Source: an uncultured Gammaproteobacteria bacterium (GTDB lineage Bacteria; Pseudomonadota; Gammaproteobacteria; UBA9214). From it: 64,000 nucleotides of DNA. The notes below the pieces were generated by a model. It did no database searches and was not told the DNA's origin. It saw nothing but the letters and a program-made list of their open reading frames with translations. Shown here piece after piece: positions 9,521 through 19,339 of this stretch. Position 1 is the stretch's first letter. Every line of letters starts with the position of its first letter. The stretch spans positions 1 through 64,000 of the forward strand of contig CAVYZN010000005.1 in NCBI GenBank assembly GCA_963773065.1, in the 5' to 3' direction. A program made the translations under genes and the position numbers.

Positions 9521-10024
9521 TCAACCCAACCCCGCCTCCTGAATCACCACCGGCGTTCCGACCGGCACACGGTCGAACAGGCGGATGACGTCGTCGTTGC
9601 GCATCTTCACGCAGCCGTGGGAGGACGGTACGCCCATGCGGTCCTCGTCGGGGCAGCCGTGGATGTAGATATAGCGGCGCATCGAGTCTACCTCGCCGAG
9701 ACGGTTGTACCCCGGCTCCTCGCCGCAGAGCCAGAGGATGCGGGTGAGGATCCAGTCGCGTTTCGGATATTGCCGTCTCAGCTCCGGGGTATAGAGTTCA
9801 CCCGTAGGCCGGCGGCTGATGAAGACGGTGTCGGGCGCACAGCCGGCGCCGATCTTGGCGCGGATGCGGTGCCGGCCGCGCGGGGTGCATTCGCTGTTGA
9901 TCATTTCACCCGGGCCGTTGCTGGCGGTTGCGACGGCGACGTCCATGATGACCCTGCCTGCTTCGATAAGCTGCAGGCGTTGTTCGTCGATGCTGACCTG
10001 GATGAGGAAGGGGTTGTTTTTCAT
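9521..10024 (-). CDS. L,D-transpeptidase (YkuD family)
   Basis: IYIHG...SHGCVKMRN catalytic motif and TPRG. Confidence 0.9.
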   Translation of the reverse strand: MKNNPFLIQVSIDEQRLQLIEAGRVIMDVAVATASNGPGEMINSECTPRGRHRIRAKIGAGCAPDTVFISRRPTGELYTPELRRQYPKRDWILTRILWLCGEEPGYNRLGEVDSMRRYIYIHGCPDEDRMGVPSSHGCVKMRNDDVIRLFDRVPVGTPVVIQEAGLG

Positions 10025-10087
10025 GCGGTGATTATACGGAAATCGGATCAAGGGAACGGCAGTTGTGTCTATCTATAAACACTATTT

Positions 10088-10168
10088 TCACCGCAGAGAC
10101 GCAAAGGACGCAGAGGAATTCCTGATAAAATTGAAAACATCTCTGCTTACTCTGCGCCTCTGCGGTGA
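10088..10168. repeat. TCACCGCA(G/A)AGACGCA inverted-repeat element, copy 1
   Basis: Arms TCACCGCAGAGACGCAAAG / CTCTGCGCCTCTGCGGTGA. Three more copies in the window. Confidence 0.8.
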
Positions 10169-11685
10169 GTACGTTTCTGTCGTGATTTGCGGTGGACGTC
10201 GCGCAGCGCGTCGTAGTTGCCGTCCGGGGCGAGGCGGTAGCCTTCGATGCCGGCGCGGGCGGCGAACACGTGGTCTTCATACCAGAGCGGCAGGTACGAC
10301 AGCACCTCCAGCAGCCGCGCCTGCACCTGGCGGTAACCATCCGCCTGCTCCTCCAGCGTCCCGCCCTGCTCCGCCCGGTCGATCAATTCATCCACCCGGG
10401 CATCCGCCAGCCAGCCGCGGTTGGCGCCTTCGGGTGGCAGCGAGGCGCTGTGAAAAGCGTAGCGAAAGATGTCCGGCGTCTTGATGCCCACCCAGGACAG
10501 GCTGTAGAGCTGGAAGCGGCCGGCCTTGATGTCGCCGTAGAAGGTGCCCCAGTCGTAGCTCCGCAGCTTCATGCGGATGCCGACCTCGGCGAGTTGCTGC
10601 TGGATGACGGTGGCGATGCGCACCCGCACCGGATCGGTCGAGGTCTTGTAGTCGAGTTCCAGCGGGTGGGCGGCGTCATAACCGGCCTGCGCCAGGAGGG
10701 TTCGCGCCGCTTCCGGATCATAGGGGAGCGCCGCGAGCGCGGGATTGCCCGCCCAGTGGTCCGGCGGCAGCAACGCCGCGGCGGGCGCGGCGGCGCCGGC
10801 CAATACATACTTTATGATCGCCGCGCGGTCGATCGCACAGGCGATGGCCCGGCGGATGCGGATATCACGGATGACCGGGTCCTGCAGGTTGAAACCGATA
10901 TAGGCGAAGTTGCTTCCCGGTCCGAAGCTCACTTCGATGCCGGACTGCCGTTGCAGGTAGCCGAGCAGTTCCGCCGGCAGGTCGTTCTGCAGGATATCCA
11001 CCTCCCCGCGCAGGAGTTTCAGCACCCGCACGGTCGGATCGACGATGCGCAGAAACTCGATGCGCTGCCCGTCGGCCAGGCGCAGGAGCCGCAGCCGCCC
11101 CGGTTCCGGCCAACTCTCGAAGCGGAACGGCCCGCTGCCGACGGGGTCGGTCTGGAACGGATGACCGGCGGCGATGCTGTCCGCCGGCACGATGCCGATG
11201 ACGAGATAGCCGGGAAACAGCGGGTCGGCGCGCTCCAGGAAGAAATCCAGGGTGTCGTCGTCCAGCACTTCGATGCGCCGGATGAGCCGCAGGGGTCCGC
11301 GGTGCGGCGAGGCGTGCGCCGGGTCGAGGATGTACGCGTAGGTCGCCGCGACGTCGCGGGCGGTGAGCGGCCGGCCATCGTGAAACGGCGGACGGTCGAG
11401 GGCGAGATGAAAGCGGTAATGATCACCTGCCAGGTGCTCCCAGGTCGCGAGCGCCGGCGCCGGGCGCGTGTGCTCGTCGAAATCGACCAGCCGCTGGTAG
11501 AGCAGCCGGTTGATGCGCGCCGAGGTGGCGTCAGTGGCAAAGCGCGGGTCGAGGTTAACCGGCTCGCTCGCGAGCCCGAAGCGGATGACGTCATCCGCCG
11601 GCCGGGTGCAGGCGGCAAGCGCCAGCAGGAACAGCGCCAGGCCGGCGGTTAACCTGACTTTCGCCACTCGGCATGTTGACAGCAT
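10147..11685 (-). CDS. Peptide/nickel ABC transporter substrate-binding lipoprotein; native start (13695) separated by IS1634
   Basis: SBP family 5 motifs NLDPR, FHDGRPLTARDV, PVGSGPF and lipobox LAAC. Confidence 0.88.
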   Translation of the reverse strand: MLSTCRVAKVRLTAGLALFLLALAACTRPADDVIRFGLASEPVNLDPRFATDATSARINRLLYQRLVDFDEHTRPAPALATWEHLAGDHYRFHLALDRPPFHDGRPLTARDVAATYAYILDPAHASPHRGPLRLIRRIEVLDDDTLDFFLERADPLFPGYLVIGIVPADSIAAGHPFQTDPVGSGPFRFESWPEPGRLRLLRLADGQRIEFLRIVDPTVRVLKLLRGEVDILQNDLPAELLGYLQRQSGIEVSFGPGSNFAYIGFNLQDPVIRDIRIRRAIACAIDRAAIIKYVLAGAAAPAAALLPPDHWAGNPALAALPYDPEAARTLLAQAGYDAAHPLELDYKTSTDPVRVRIATVIQQQLAEVGIRMKLRSYDWGTFYGDIKAGRFQLYSLSWVGIKTPDIFRYAFHSASLPPEGANRGWLADARVDELIDRAEQGGTLEEQADGYRQVQARLLEVLSYLPLWYEDHVFAARAGIEGYRLAPDGNYDALRDVHRKSRQKRTHRRGAE

Positions 11686-13675
11686 ATAAGTGCTTGATAT
11701 TGTAAGCAGGCACTCCCGAAGGTCTGTCCTACATTCGCGAACTTATTTTTGCGTCGCCTGCGTGCCGTACGCGGTAATGCGTGGCGGAGCTTGTGCCGGC
11801 AAACTCCAGTTCAGTTGCGCCAGGATGAGTTGTTGGTCCGCCTCGGGCTCGGTATAGCGGGTGAAGATCAATTCCCGTCCATCGGTGGTCGGAAAGTGCA
11901 CATCCAGCAGCTGGATGGCGGCGAGTTTGTCGAGTGCTTGCCGTGGTGTGAGCCCCGGTGCGCGCTGCTTGAGTTGGTGACTGAGCGTGACGTGCACGCA
12001 GTAGGCGAGAAAGCTCACAAAGATGTGCGCCTCGATGCGGTCCTCCCGTTGATGGAAGATCGGCCGGATGGACAGTTCGCTTTTCAGATTCTTGAATGCC
12101 GCTTCGACCTCCACCAGTTGCAAGTAGAACTGCCACAGTTGTGCCGGGTCGGTGGCGGTGAGGTTGGAGCGCAGCAGGTAGCGGCCCTCGCGCTTGCGCA
12201 CCGTGCGCAGCTTGGCGCGGTCGAGTTCGAAGTCGAAATCCGTGCGTTGCTTGCGGGTCTGTTTATCCGGCGCCGGTGGTAATCGCAGCGTAATCAGGCT
12301 GGCCGCTCGCCCCGCCAGGGCTTGCGCCGCGCCGAGTTTGGTGAGCAGGGTGTCGTAGCGCGGGCGCTGGCGTTGGAGCGCCTTCAAGCGTGCGAGGTAG
12401 CGCCGCAGGCGCTGTTGACGCATGGCGCGCTCCTTGTGCACACGCGACTGGCTCTTTACATACACGTAGAGATCATCGTCTTGTGGCAAGAGCTTGACCT
12501 GCACCTGATCACGCGCCTGCTGCCAGCTACAGGCCGCAAGCTCGGCCTCGAGTTGGTTCAGCCGCCCCTTGGGCGTCCCGACCAGGTACTGCGCACCGCG
12601 TTCACGCATCAGCGCCAGATGCGCTTCGGTTGGAATGCCGCGATCCATCACCCAGATCCGCCGCGCCTTGCCGTAGAGCGTCTCAATGCGTTCCAGAAAC
12701 TGCGGTAACGTCGTCGCATCCGCCGTGTTGCCCGAGAGCACCTCGTAGGTGAGCGGGAAGCCCTCCGGGGTGACAATCAGCGCAATCACCACCTGCACGC
12801 AATCCGGTCGATGATCACGCGAATACCCGTAACGGCGCTTGTCACCCTGGGGAAACGCCGGATCGCATTCGAAGTACGTGCTCGTCAAGTCGTAGAGCAG
12901 CACATCGAAGGAGGCGCCGAATAAATCCTGCCAACGCTGCTGCAAAAACACCTGCAGCGCGTCCTTGTGCTCCAGCAACTTGTCCAAGCACCGATACAAG
13001 GTGTCCTTCGCGGCCAGCGCGCTATCCCCTCCCAGCAGATCGCCCATTGCGCTGCGCTCGAACCACTCCCGATGCAGTCGCCACTCGCTACCCGGATCGA
13101 TCAGCCGATACGCCACCAGCACCATCAACACCTGATGCCAATCCGTGCCCTCGCGCGACTCCCCCAAGCGGGGCTGCCAGAACTCATCGAGCTTCAGTTG
13201 CTGCCACAACCGCACAAACGCCCAGCACGCGCCCCACTGCCGAGGACGATGCAAGCGGAATTCACCGAGCCGCACCTGCACACCGCACGCCGCGGCATGC
13301 GATGGTACTTTCACATCGTCGGGAAACAGCGCCAGCCTGTGTGTTTGCGCGCGCTCGTCCAGCGCTTCAATCTGCTTGATCCACGCCGCGCGCTGCGAAT
13401 CGTTGATCTCGCCCAGATACAAGATGTGCCGTTCAACCGTCCCGCGCGCTACTCGCCGCTTCTCCGCGATGCTGAAGTAGCGATGCTCCTTGCCGTCTTT
13501 GAATCGTCGATGACACTTCAGATACATGCATCAAGACTACCCACGCCCACGCACCTTGCAAGCACCAAGGTCTGTACCTGATCGGAATTCGCGATCGCCC
13601 TCCTTACACGTCAATGGCTTGCGCGAACGAAAACGCGCAAAATCGGCGAAAACATTCGCCAGTAGCGAAAGTCAG
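11654..13675 (-). mobile_element. IS1634-family insertion sequence, 2022 bp
   Basis: 15-bp terminal inverted repeats CTGACTTTCGC(C/T)ACT. 6-bp target duplication GTTAAC at 11648-11653 and 13676-13681. Confidence 0.92.
11743..13527 (-). CDS. IS1634-family DDE transposase
   Basis: Motifs LLYDLTSTYFE, GYSRDHRPDC, VMDRGI, VEAAFKNLKSELSIRPIFHQ. Confidence 0.93.
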   Translation of the reverse strand: MYLKCHRRFKDGKEHRYFSIAEKRRVARGTVERHILYLGEINDSQRAAWIKQIEALDERAQTHRLALFPDDVKVPSHAAACGVQVRLGEFRLHRPRQWGACWAFVRLWQQLKLDEFWQPRLGESREGTDWHQVLMVLVAYRLIDPGSEWRLHREWFERSAMGDLLGGDSALAAKDTLYRCLDKLLEHKDALQVFLQQRWQDLFGASFDVLLYDLTSTYFECDPAFPQGDKRRYGYSRDHRPDCVQVVIALIVTPEGFPLTYEVLSGNTADATTLPQFLERIETLYGKARRIWVMDRGIPTEAHLALMRERGAQYLVGTPKGRLNQLEAELAACSWQQARDQVQVKLLPQDDDLYVYVKSQSRVHKERAMRQQRLRRYLARLKALQRQRPRYDTLLTKLGAAQALAGRAASLITLRLPPAPDKQTRKQRTDFDFELDRAKLRTVRKREGRYLLRSNLTATDPAQLWQFYLQLVEVEAAFKNLKSELSIRPIFHQREDRIEAHIFVSFLAYCVHVTLSHQLKQRAPGLTPRQALDKLAAIQLLDVHFPTTDGRELIFTRYTEPEADQQLILAQLNWSLPAQAPPRITAYGTQATQK

Positions 13676-13708
13676 GTTAACAGGAGTCCTTTCATCAACA
13701 CCCATTTT

Positions 13709-13925
13709 TCACCGCAGAGACGCAAAGTTCGCAAAGGAAATCCTTAAGGAAGTCCTGAGTAATTCGTCATTGCGAGGAACAAGGTGACGAAGCAATCTCT
13801 AAGCGTCTGATTTTCGATCATGAGATTGCCGCGCTACGCTCGCAATGACAAATACATTTCAATTAATCAGAACTTCCTTAACAAAACAATTGAACATCTT
13901 TGCGTTCTCTGCGCCTCTGCGGTAA
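13709..13925. repeat. TCACCGCA repeat copy 2, containing a nested 130-bp MITE (13748-13877) that carries a GTCATTGCGAG palindrome
   Basis: Three nested inverted-repeat pairs. TTAA flanks the MITE on both sides. Confidence 0.8.
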
Positions 13926-13933
13926 ATTCATCT

Positions 13934-14407
13934 CTATCGGGTGCCCGGAACGGCGAGGTGTTTCATATCGATCAGCAGCCGCACCCGCAGCCGGCGAAAG
14001 CCGTCCTCGTCTAGCATGTCGGGCAGCAGCACAAGCCGGGCGGCGCGGCCGTCATCGCGGCGGAAATGCAGGATCACGAGCCACGGCTGCATGAACACGA
14101 AGGGGCGGAGCGACGCACCGGTTTCATCACCCGACCGCAGGGTCAGGCGCCAGTGGTTGCCGTCTTCCCAGACCAGCGCCTGGATCGCCTCGGGTTCGCG
14201 GCGCAACACCTCGCGGCGCCGGGAACGGAGCCAGGACAACACCACGCCAAGGGCGAGCGCGAAGCACGGCAACAGCGGCAGGCCGCAAAACGGCAACACG
14301 GCCAGCGCCGCGCCATGGCTCAGCGCGAGGAACATGCCCAGTCGAAGAGAGACGCCGGGTTCAAGGCGCAGCGGTGTAGCGTATTTCCTTGACAATGTCA
14401 GCGACAT
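13934..14407 (-). CDS. ygfX: YgfX-family membrane protein
   Basis: Two TM segments, C-terminal LLPDMLDEDGFRRLRVRL, downstream of sdhE. Confidence 0.8.
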   Translation of the reverse strand: MSLTLSRKYATPLRLEPGVSLRLGMFLALSHGAALAVLPFCGLPLLPCFALALGVVLSWLRSRRREVLRREPEAIQALVWEDGNHWRLTLRSGDETGASLRPFVFMQPWLVILHFRRDDGRAARLVLLPDMLDEDGFRRLRVRLLIDMKHLAVPGTR

Positions 14408-14630
14408 CCTTGTCTGCCGGGATCATGCGTCCCATCAACCATTCGAGCAGCACGGCGTCCGGATATTCCAGCAGCCGGGCGAAGCTGTCCCGTTCGTTGG
14501 CATCGAGCCGCGCGTAGCGGCGTTTGAGAAAACCGTTCAGCAGCACATCCAGTTCCCGCATGCCGCGCCGGCATTGCCAGGCCAGGCGGTTGCGATGATG
14601 CAGCGGGTTGTCCGTCATAGTGGAGGTCAT
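14361..14630 (-). CDS. sdhE: Succinate dehydrogenase flavin assembly factor
   Basis: WQCRRGMRELD motif. Confidence 0.92.
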   Translation of the reverse strand: MTSTMTDNPLHHRNRLAWQCRRGMRELDVLLNGFLKRRYARLDANERDSFARLLEYPDAVLLEWLMGRMIPADKDVADIVKEIRYTAAP

Positions 14631-14632
14631 GG

Positions 14633-15334
14633 TCAGGTCGAGCGCTTCAGCATCAGTTCCTTGATGCGGCCGATGGCGCGGGTCGGATTGAGACCCTTGG
14701 GACAGACCTCCACGCAGTTCATGATGGTGTGGCAGCGGAACAACTTGAAGGGGCCGTCGAGATCGGCGAGCCGCTCATCGGTCGCCTGGTCGCGGCTGTC
14801 GGCGAGGAACCGCCAGGACTGCAGCAGCGCGGCCGGCCCCAGGAACTTGTCCGGGTTCCACCAGTACGACGGGCAGGCGGTGGAACAGCAGGCGCACAGG
14901 ATGCATTCATACAGGCCGTCGAGCCGCTCGCGCTCCGCCGGGCTCTGGCGGCGTTCGACCTCGGGTTCCGGGTCGTGGTTGACGAGATAGGGCGTGACGG
15001 CGCGGTACTGGCGGTAGAACGGTTCGAGATCGACGACCAGATCGCGGATGACCGGCAGGCCCGGCAGGGGGCAAACCTCCACCGGGGTCTTCAATTCGGC
15101 GAGCGGCGTGATGCAGGCCAGTCCGTTGCGGCCGTTGATGTTCATGGCGTCGGAGCCGCACACGCCCTCGCCGCAGGAACGGCGGAAGGTGAGGCTTTCA
15201 TCCTGCGCCTTGAGCAGCAGCAGGGCATCGAGCAGCATCATGCCCGGCTTGATCAGCGCGTCATCGAGTTCCATGGCCTGCATGGATGGGGCCGTATCGT
15301 GTTCGGGGTGGTAGCGGTAGATAGAGAATTTCAT
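14633..15334 (-). CDS. sdhB: Succinate dehydrogenase iron-sulfur subunit
   Basis: RRSCGEGVCGSD, ECILCACCSTACPSYWWN, CHTIMNCVEVCPKG. Confidence 0.97.
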   Translation of the reverse strand: MKFSIYRYHPEHDTAPSMQAMELDDALIKPGMMLLDALLLLKAQDESLTFRRSCGEGVCGSDAMNINGRNGLACITPLAELKTPVEVCPLPGLPVIRDLVVDLEPFYRQYRAVTPYLVNHDPEPEVERRQSPAERERLDGLYECILCACCSTACPSYWWNPDKFLGPAALLQSWRFLADSRDQATDERLADLDGPFKLFRCHTIMNCVEVCPKGLNPTRAIGRIKELMLKRST

Positions 15335-15339
15335 GGGCG

Positions 15340-17103
15340 TCAATAGACCCGCTCCTTGGGCGGAAAGCTGTCCACGGTGATCGGCCGGGTGCGCACCGGC
15401 TTGTAGTCGACCGCATGAGTGTCCCGGTGATACAGGCTGTGGCGCAGCCAGTGCACGTCATCGCGTTGCGGGTAGTCGATGCGTGTGTGCGCCCCGCGGC
15501 TTTCGCGGCGCGCCAGGGCGGCGGCCACGGTGGCCAGCGCGCACTCCATGAGGTTCTCCAGTTCCATGGCCTCGATGCGCGCGGTGTTGAACACGCGGCT
15601 GTGATCCCTGAGCCGCACCCGCGTCAGGCGCTCCGCGAGCACGTTCACCTTGCGCAGGCCCTCGTGCAGCACCGCCTCGGTGCGGAACACGCCGCAGTCC
15701 GCCTCCATGACCTGCTGCAACTCGCCGCGCAGGGCATCCACCGATTCACCTTCGCCCTGCTGCTCCCAACGCGCCAGCCGCGCCCGGGCGGCATCCAGGC
15801 CGTCGGCCGGGAACGGCCGGTGATAGCGGTTTTCCCGCAGGAATTCGGCGATGTGGTTAGCCGCCGCCCGGCCGAAGACGATGATATCGAGCAGGGAGTT
15901 GCCGCCCAGGCGGTTGGCGCCGTGCACAGAAACGCAGGCGCATTCGCCGGCGGCGTACAGGCCCGGCACCGGCTCTTCGGGACCGTGCTTCTCCGGAACG
16001 ACCACCTGGCCGAAGCGGTTGGTCGGAATGCCCCCCATGGTGTAGTGGGCGGTCGGCGCCACCGGTATCGGGGATGTCGCCGGATCGAAGCCGAGGAAGG
16101 TTTTGACCATGTCGCAGATGCCGGGCAGGCGCTTGTGGATGGTCTCCGCCCCCAGGTGGTCGAGCTTGAGCAGGACGTGGTCCTGGCGTGGACCGCAGCC
16201 GCGCCCTTCGCGGATCTCGGTGGCGATGGCGCGGCTCACCACGTCCCGGCTGGCGAGATCCAGCGCATGCGGGGCATAGCGCTCCATGAAGCGTTCGCCC
16301 GCGGCGTTGACGAGGTAGCCGCCCTCCCCTCGCACGGCCTCGGAGATCAGCATGCCCTTGCCGGCGATCCCGGTCGGGTGGAACTGGAAGAATTCCATGT
16401 CCTGCAGCGGAATGCCGGCCCTCAGGGCCATCGCCATGCCATCGCCGGTGTTGATGAGCGCGTTGGTGTTGGTGCGGAACAATTGTCCGACCCCGCCGGT
16501 GGCGAGCAGCGTCGTCTTGGCCTCGATCAGCAGCAGCTCGCCGCTCGCGATGTCCATCGCCAGGGCGCCGAGCAGATAGCCCTCCGCGTCGCGGATCAGG
16601 TCGATGGCGAAGTACTCGTCGAAGAAATGCGTCTTGGCGCGGATGTTCTGCTGGTAGAGCGAATGCAGAATCGCATGCCCGGTGCGGTCCGCCGCCGCGC
16701 AGGTGCGCGCGGCCTGTTCCCCGCCGAAATTCATGCTCTGGCCGCCGAACTGGCGCTGGTAGATGCGGCCGTCGTCGAGCCGCGAGAACGGCACACCGAA
16801 ATGCTCCAGTTCATACACGGCCTGCGGCGCCGCGCGGCACATGTACTCGATGGCGTCCTGGTCGCCGAGGTAGTCGCTGCCCTTGACGGTGTCGAACATA
16901 TGCCAGTGCCAGTTGTCGGCGCGCACGTTGGCGAGCGCCGCGTTGACGCCGCCCTGGGCGGCCACCGTATGCGAGCGGGTCGGAAACACCTTGGAGACGA
17001 CCGCCACGCGCGCCTCGGCGCTGGCGAGTTGCAGCGCGGCGCGCAAGCCGCCGCCACCGGCGCCGATGATCAGGGTATCGAATCTGCGGCGGGCGATATC
17101 CAT
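15340..17103 (-). CDS. sdhA: Succinate dehydrogenase flavoprotein subunit
   Basis: GAGGGG, TRSHTVAAQGG, QFHPTG, HGANRLGGNSL. Confidence 0.97.
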   Translation of the reverse strand: MDIARRRFDTLIIGAGGGGLRAALQLASAEARVAVVSKVFPTRSHTVAAQGGVNAALANVRADNWHWHMFDTVKGSDYLGDQDAIEYMCRAAPQAVYELEHFGVPFSRLDDGRIYQRQFGGQSMNFGGEQAARTCAAADRTGHAILHSLYQQNIRAKTHFFDEYFAIDLIRDAEGYLLGALAMDIASGELLLIEAKTTLLATGGVGQLFRTNTNALINTGDGMAMALRAGIPLQDMEFFQFHPTGIAGKGMLISEAVRGEGGYLVNAAGERFMERYAPHALDLASRDVVSRAIATEIREGRGCGPRQDHVLLKLDHLGAETIHKRLPGICDMVKTFLGFDPATSPIPVAPTAHYTMGGIPTNRFGQVVVPEKHGPEEPVPGLYAAGECACVSVHGANRLGGNSLLDIIVFGRAAANHIAEFLRENRYHRPFPADGLDAARARLARWEQQGEGESVDALRGELQQVMEADCGVFRTEAVLHEGLRKVNVLAERLTRVRLRDHSRVFNTARIEAMELENLMECALATVAAALARRESRGAHTRIDYPQRDDVHWLRHSLYHRDTHAVDYKPVRTRPITVDSFPPKERVY

Positions 17104-17107
17104 GTAT

Positions 17108-17446
17108 CTACACCGCGGCGAGCAGCAGCGTCCGCATGGCCCAGAGACCACACGCGGCGAGCAGCACGCCGCTCAGCGAGAGCAGCAGCAGGCGCACCCC
17201 CAGATCGGGAACGTAATCGAGGATGATGTCGCGCACGCCGATCCAGCCGTGCAGCAGCAGCGCGAGGACGAAGCCGGCGCCGGCGATGCCCATGGATGGG
17301 TGTCCCAACCACGCGCGCCACTCGGCGTAGCCGTGGCCGTCGTGCCTCAGGAAATGGATGACGAGGTAAATCAGGAAGCCGGCCAGGTAGACCGCGCTCA
17401 GACGCTGCATGAGCCAGGCGCGCAGCCCGTGGGTGTGCCGGGTCAA
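17108..17446 (-). CDS. sdhD: Succinate dehydrogenase membrane anchor
   Basis: WLMQRLSA, HGWIGVRDIILDYV. TTG start overlaps the sdhC stop. Confidence 0.9.
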   Translation of the reverse strand: MTRHTHGLRAWLMQRLSAVYLAGFLIYLVIHFLRHDGHGYAEWRAWLGHPSMGIAGAGFVLALLLHGWIGVRDIILDYVPDLGVRLLLLSLSGVLLAACGLWAMRTLLLAAV

Positions 17447-17823
17447 ACGATCCACCCGATATAGGCCAGCACCAGCAGCAGCGCGAGCACGTTGACCGCC
17501 CAGGCAGATCGGCGCGCCGCTGTCCGCTCGACCCCTACCCCGATATCGATGAGGAGAAAACGCGCGCCGGCCAGCAGGTGATGGAGCAGCGACCAGGCGA
17601 TGACGACCGAGAGGAGCCGCACCCAGCCGAGGTGCAGCCATTCGACCGCGTTCGCATAACCTGCCGGATCGCGCAGCGATAGGTCCAGCCAGTAGACCAG
17701 CAGCGGAAACGACAGGAACAACAGCAGGCCCGAGAGGCGGTGCGCGATGGAGGTGACGGCGCCCACCGGGAAGCGAATCCGGAACAGATCGAGGAAGACG
17801 GGCGCTGATCGCTGACTTTGCAT
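17443..17823 (-). CDS. sdhC: Succinate dehydrogenase cytochrome b556 subunit
   Basis: PVFLDL...SIAHRLSG, HHLLAGARFLLID. Confidence 0.92.
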   Translation of the reverse strand: MQSQRSAPVFLDLFRIRFPVGAVTSIAHRLSGLLLFLSFPLLVYWLDLSLRDPAGYANAVEWLHLGWVRLLSVVIAWSLLHHLLAGARFLLIDIGVGVERTAARRSAWAVNVLALLLVLAYIGWIV

Positions 17824-17990
17824 GGGCGGCATCGATGGTGGCTGCTTTTATACCACTGCCATAAAGGGAACACCAGACACAGGGCGTCCACCGGATGAAT
17901 GGCTGACAGCCCGCGCGGGTTCAACTAGAATCTTCGTTCACACCCGATTGGCGCTTACTTAGGCGGTTCCACAATCGATGTCATTGAAAT

Positions 17991-18119
17991 GTAGGGTGGG
18001 TTAGCGTTTTTTGCGTAACCCACCAGGCGTTGCGTAGCAACACAACGCGTTTCTGTATTGAGTGCCTGTCGGCACAGTTGGCGGGTTACGGCACAAACAC
18101 CGTGCCTAACCCGCCCTAC
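17991..18119. repeat. GTAG-type REP doublet (BIME/REPIN-like)
   Basis: GTAGGGTGGGTTAGCG...CGTAACCCACC paired with GGCGGGTTACG...CTAACCCGCCCTAC. A degenerate relative lies at about 22498-22575. Confidence 0.75.
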
Positions 18120-18178
18120 ATCGATTGGGGAATCGCTTTGGTTATCTGTGAATCGTTCCTACCCGAAAAGGCCATGCG

Positions 18179-19225
18179 ATGAAGAACCACTGGAAAAACT
18201 TTCTCGGCGATGACGCCGGGGCCGAATTCGCGGGTGATATCGCGATGCATTACGGCAACCCGGAACGCGAGCTGGAAGTCGCCGTCACCGGCCTGGTGTT
18301 CGCCGATCTCGGCCACCTGGGGGTGATCTCCGTTCACGGCAAGGACGCCGCCGCCTTCCTGCAGGGCCAGTTCAGCAATGATGTCACCCAGGTGGATGAA
18401 GGCCACAGCCAGTTGAACGCCTATTGCACGCCGAAGGGACGAATCATCGGCCTGTTCCGCCTGTTCCGGCGCGGCGATACCTTCTACCTGCGTCTGCCGC
18501 TGGACACCCTCGAGACGGTGCTGCAGCGCCTGCGCCGCTATGTTCTGCGCGCCGACGTCACCCTGGAGGATGCCACGGATAACTTCATCCGCATCGGCGT
18601 CACGGGCAAGGACGCCGCGCAGGAACTGGCCGCCGCCATCGGCAGGCCGCCGGAGCAGGCGGACGGTGTGGTCCACACGCAAGACCTGTCGCTGCTGCGG
18701 GTGCCCGGCTTGCATCCCCGCTTCGAGGTCTATGTCTTGTCGTTCAAGGCCGCCAAAAGCCTCTGGGATACGCTGAACGTGCGCGGCGCGCCGGTCGGCC
18801 TGGCCGCCTGGGGGCTTACCGAGATCCAGGCCGGCCTGCCGAATGTCTATGCGAACACCGTCGAACTCTTCATTCCGCAGATGCTCAACCTGCAGCTCAT
18901 CGGCGGGGTGAATTTCCGCAAGGGCTGTTATCCCGGACAGGAGATCGTGGCGCGGACCCAGTACCTCGGCGCCCTCAAACGCCGAATGTACGCCGGCCGC
19001 GTGGCCGCGAATACCCCGCCACAACCGGGGGACGCCCTGTATGCCGCCGCCGACGGCGCTCAGGCGGCAGGCACAATCGTCGATGCCCAACCCCATCCCG
19101 ATGGCGGTTATGCCGTGCTCGCCGTGATCCCGATCAATGCGGCGGAATCAGGCGATCTGCACCTTGGGTCCGGCGAGGGTCCGGCGTTCACGCCCGGCTC
19201 GCTCCCCTACCCCTTCGCGGATTGA
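18179..19225 (+). CDS. ygfZ: Folate-binding Fe-S/tRNA-modifying protein YgfZ
   Basis: FLQGQFSNDV and KGCYPGQE signature. Confidence 0.93.
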   Translation: MKNHWKNFLGDDAGAEFAGDIAMHYGNPERELEVAVTGLVFADLGHLGVISVHGKDAAAFLQGQFSNDVTQVDEGHSQLNAYCTPKGRIIGLFRLFRRGDTFYLRLPLDTLETVLQRLRRYVLRADVTLEDATDNFIRIGVTGKDAAQELAAAIGRPPEQADGVVHTQDLSLLRVPGLHPRFEVYVLSFKAAKSLWDTLNVRGAPVGLAAWGLTEIQAGLPNVYANTVELFIPQMLNLQLIGGVNFRKGCYPGQEIVARTQYLGALKRRMYAGRVAANTPPQPGDALYAAADGAQAAGTIVDAQPHPDGGYAVLAVIPINAAESGDLHLGSGEGPAFTPGSLPYPFAD

Positions 19226-19339
19226 TCGGTCAGATAGCCCGGATACAGGCCCCAAGGGCCGTAATCCGTGTATACGACCCCCGAATAAATACCGACACCG
19301 CAAAGACGCACGATTGCAGGAGGTCGGCGCCGTCTGTTT

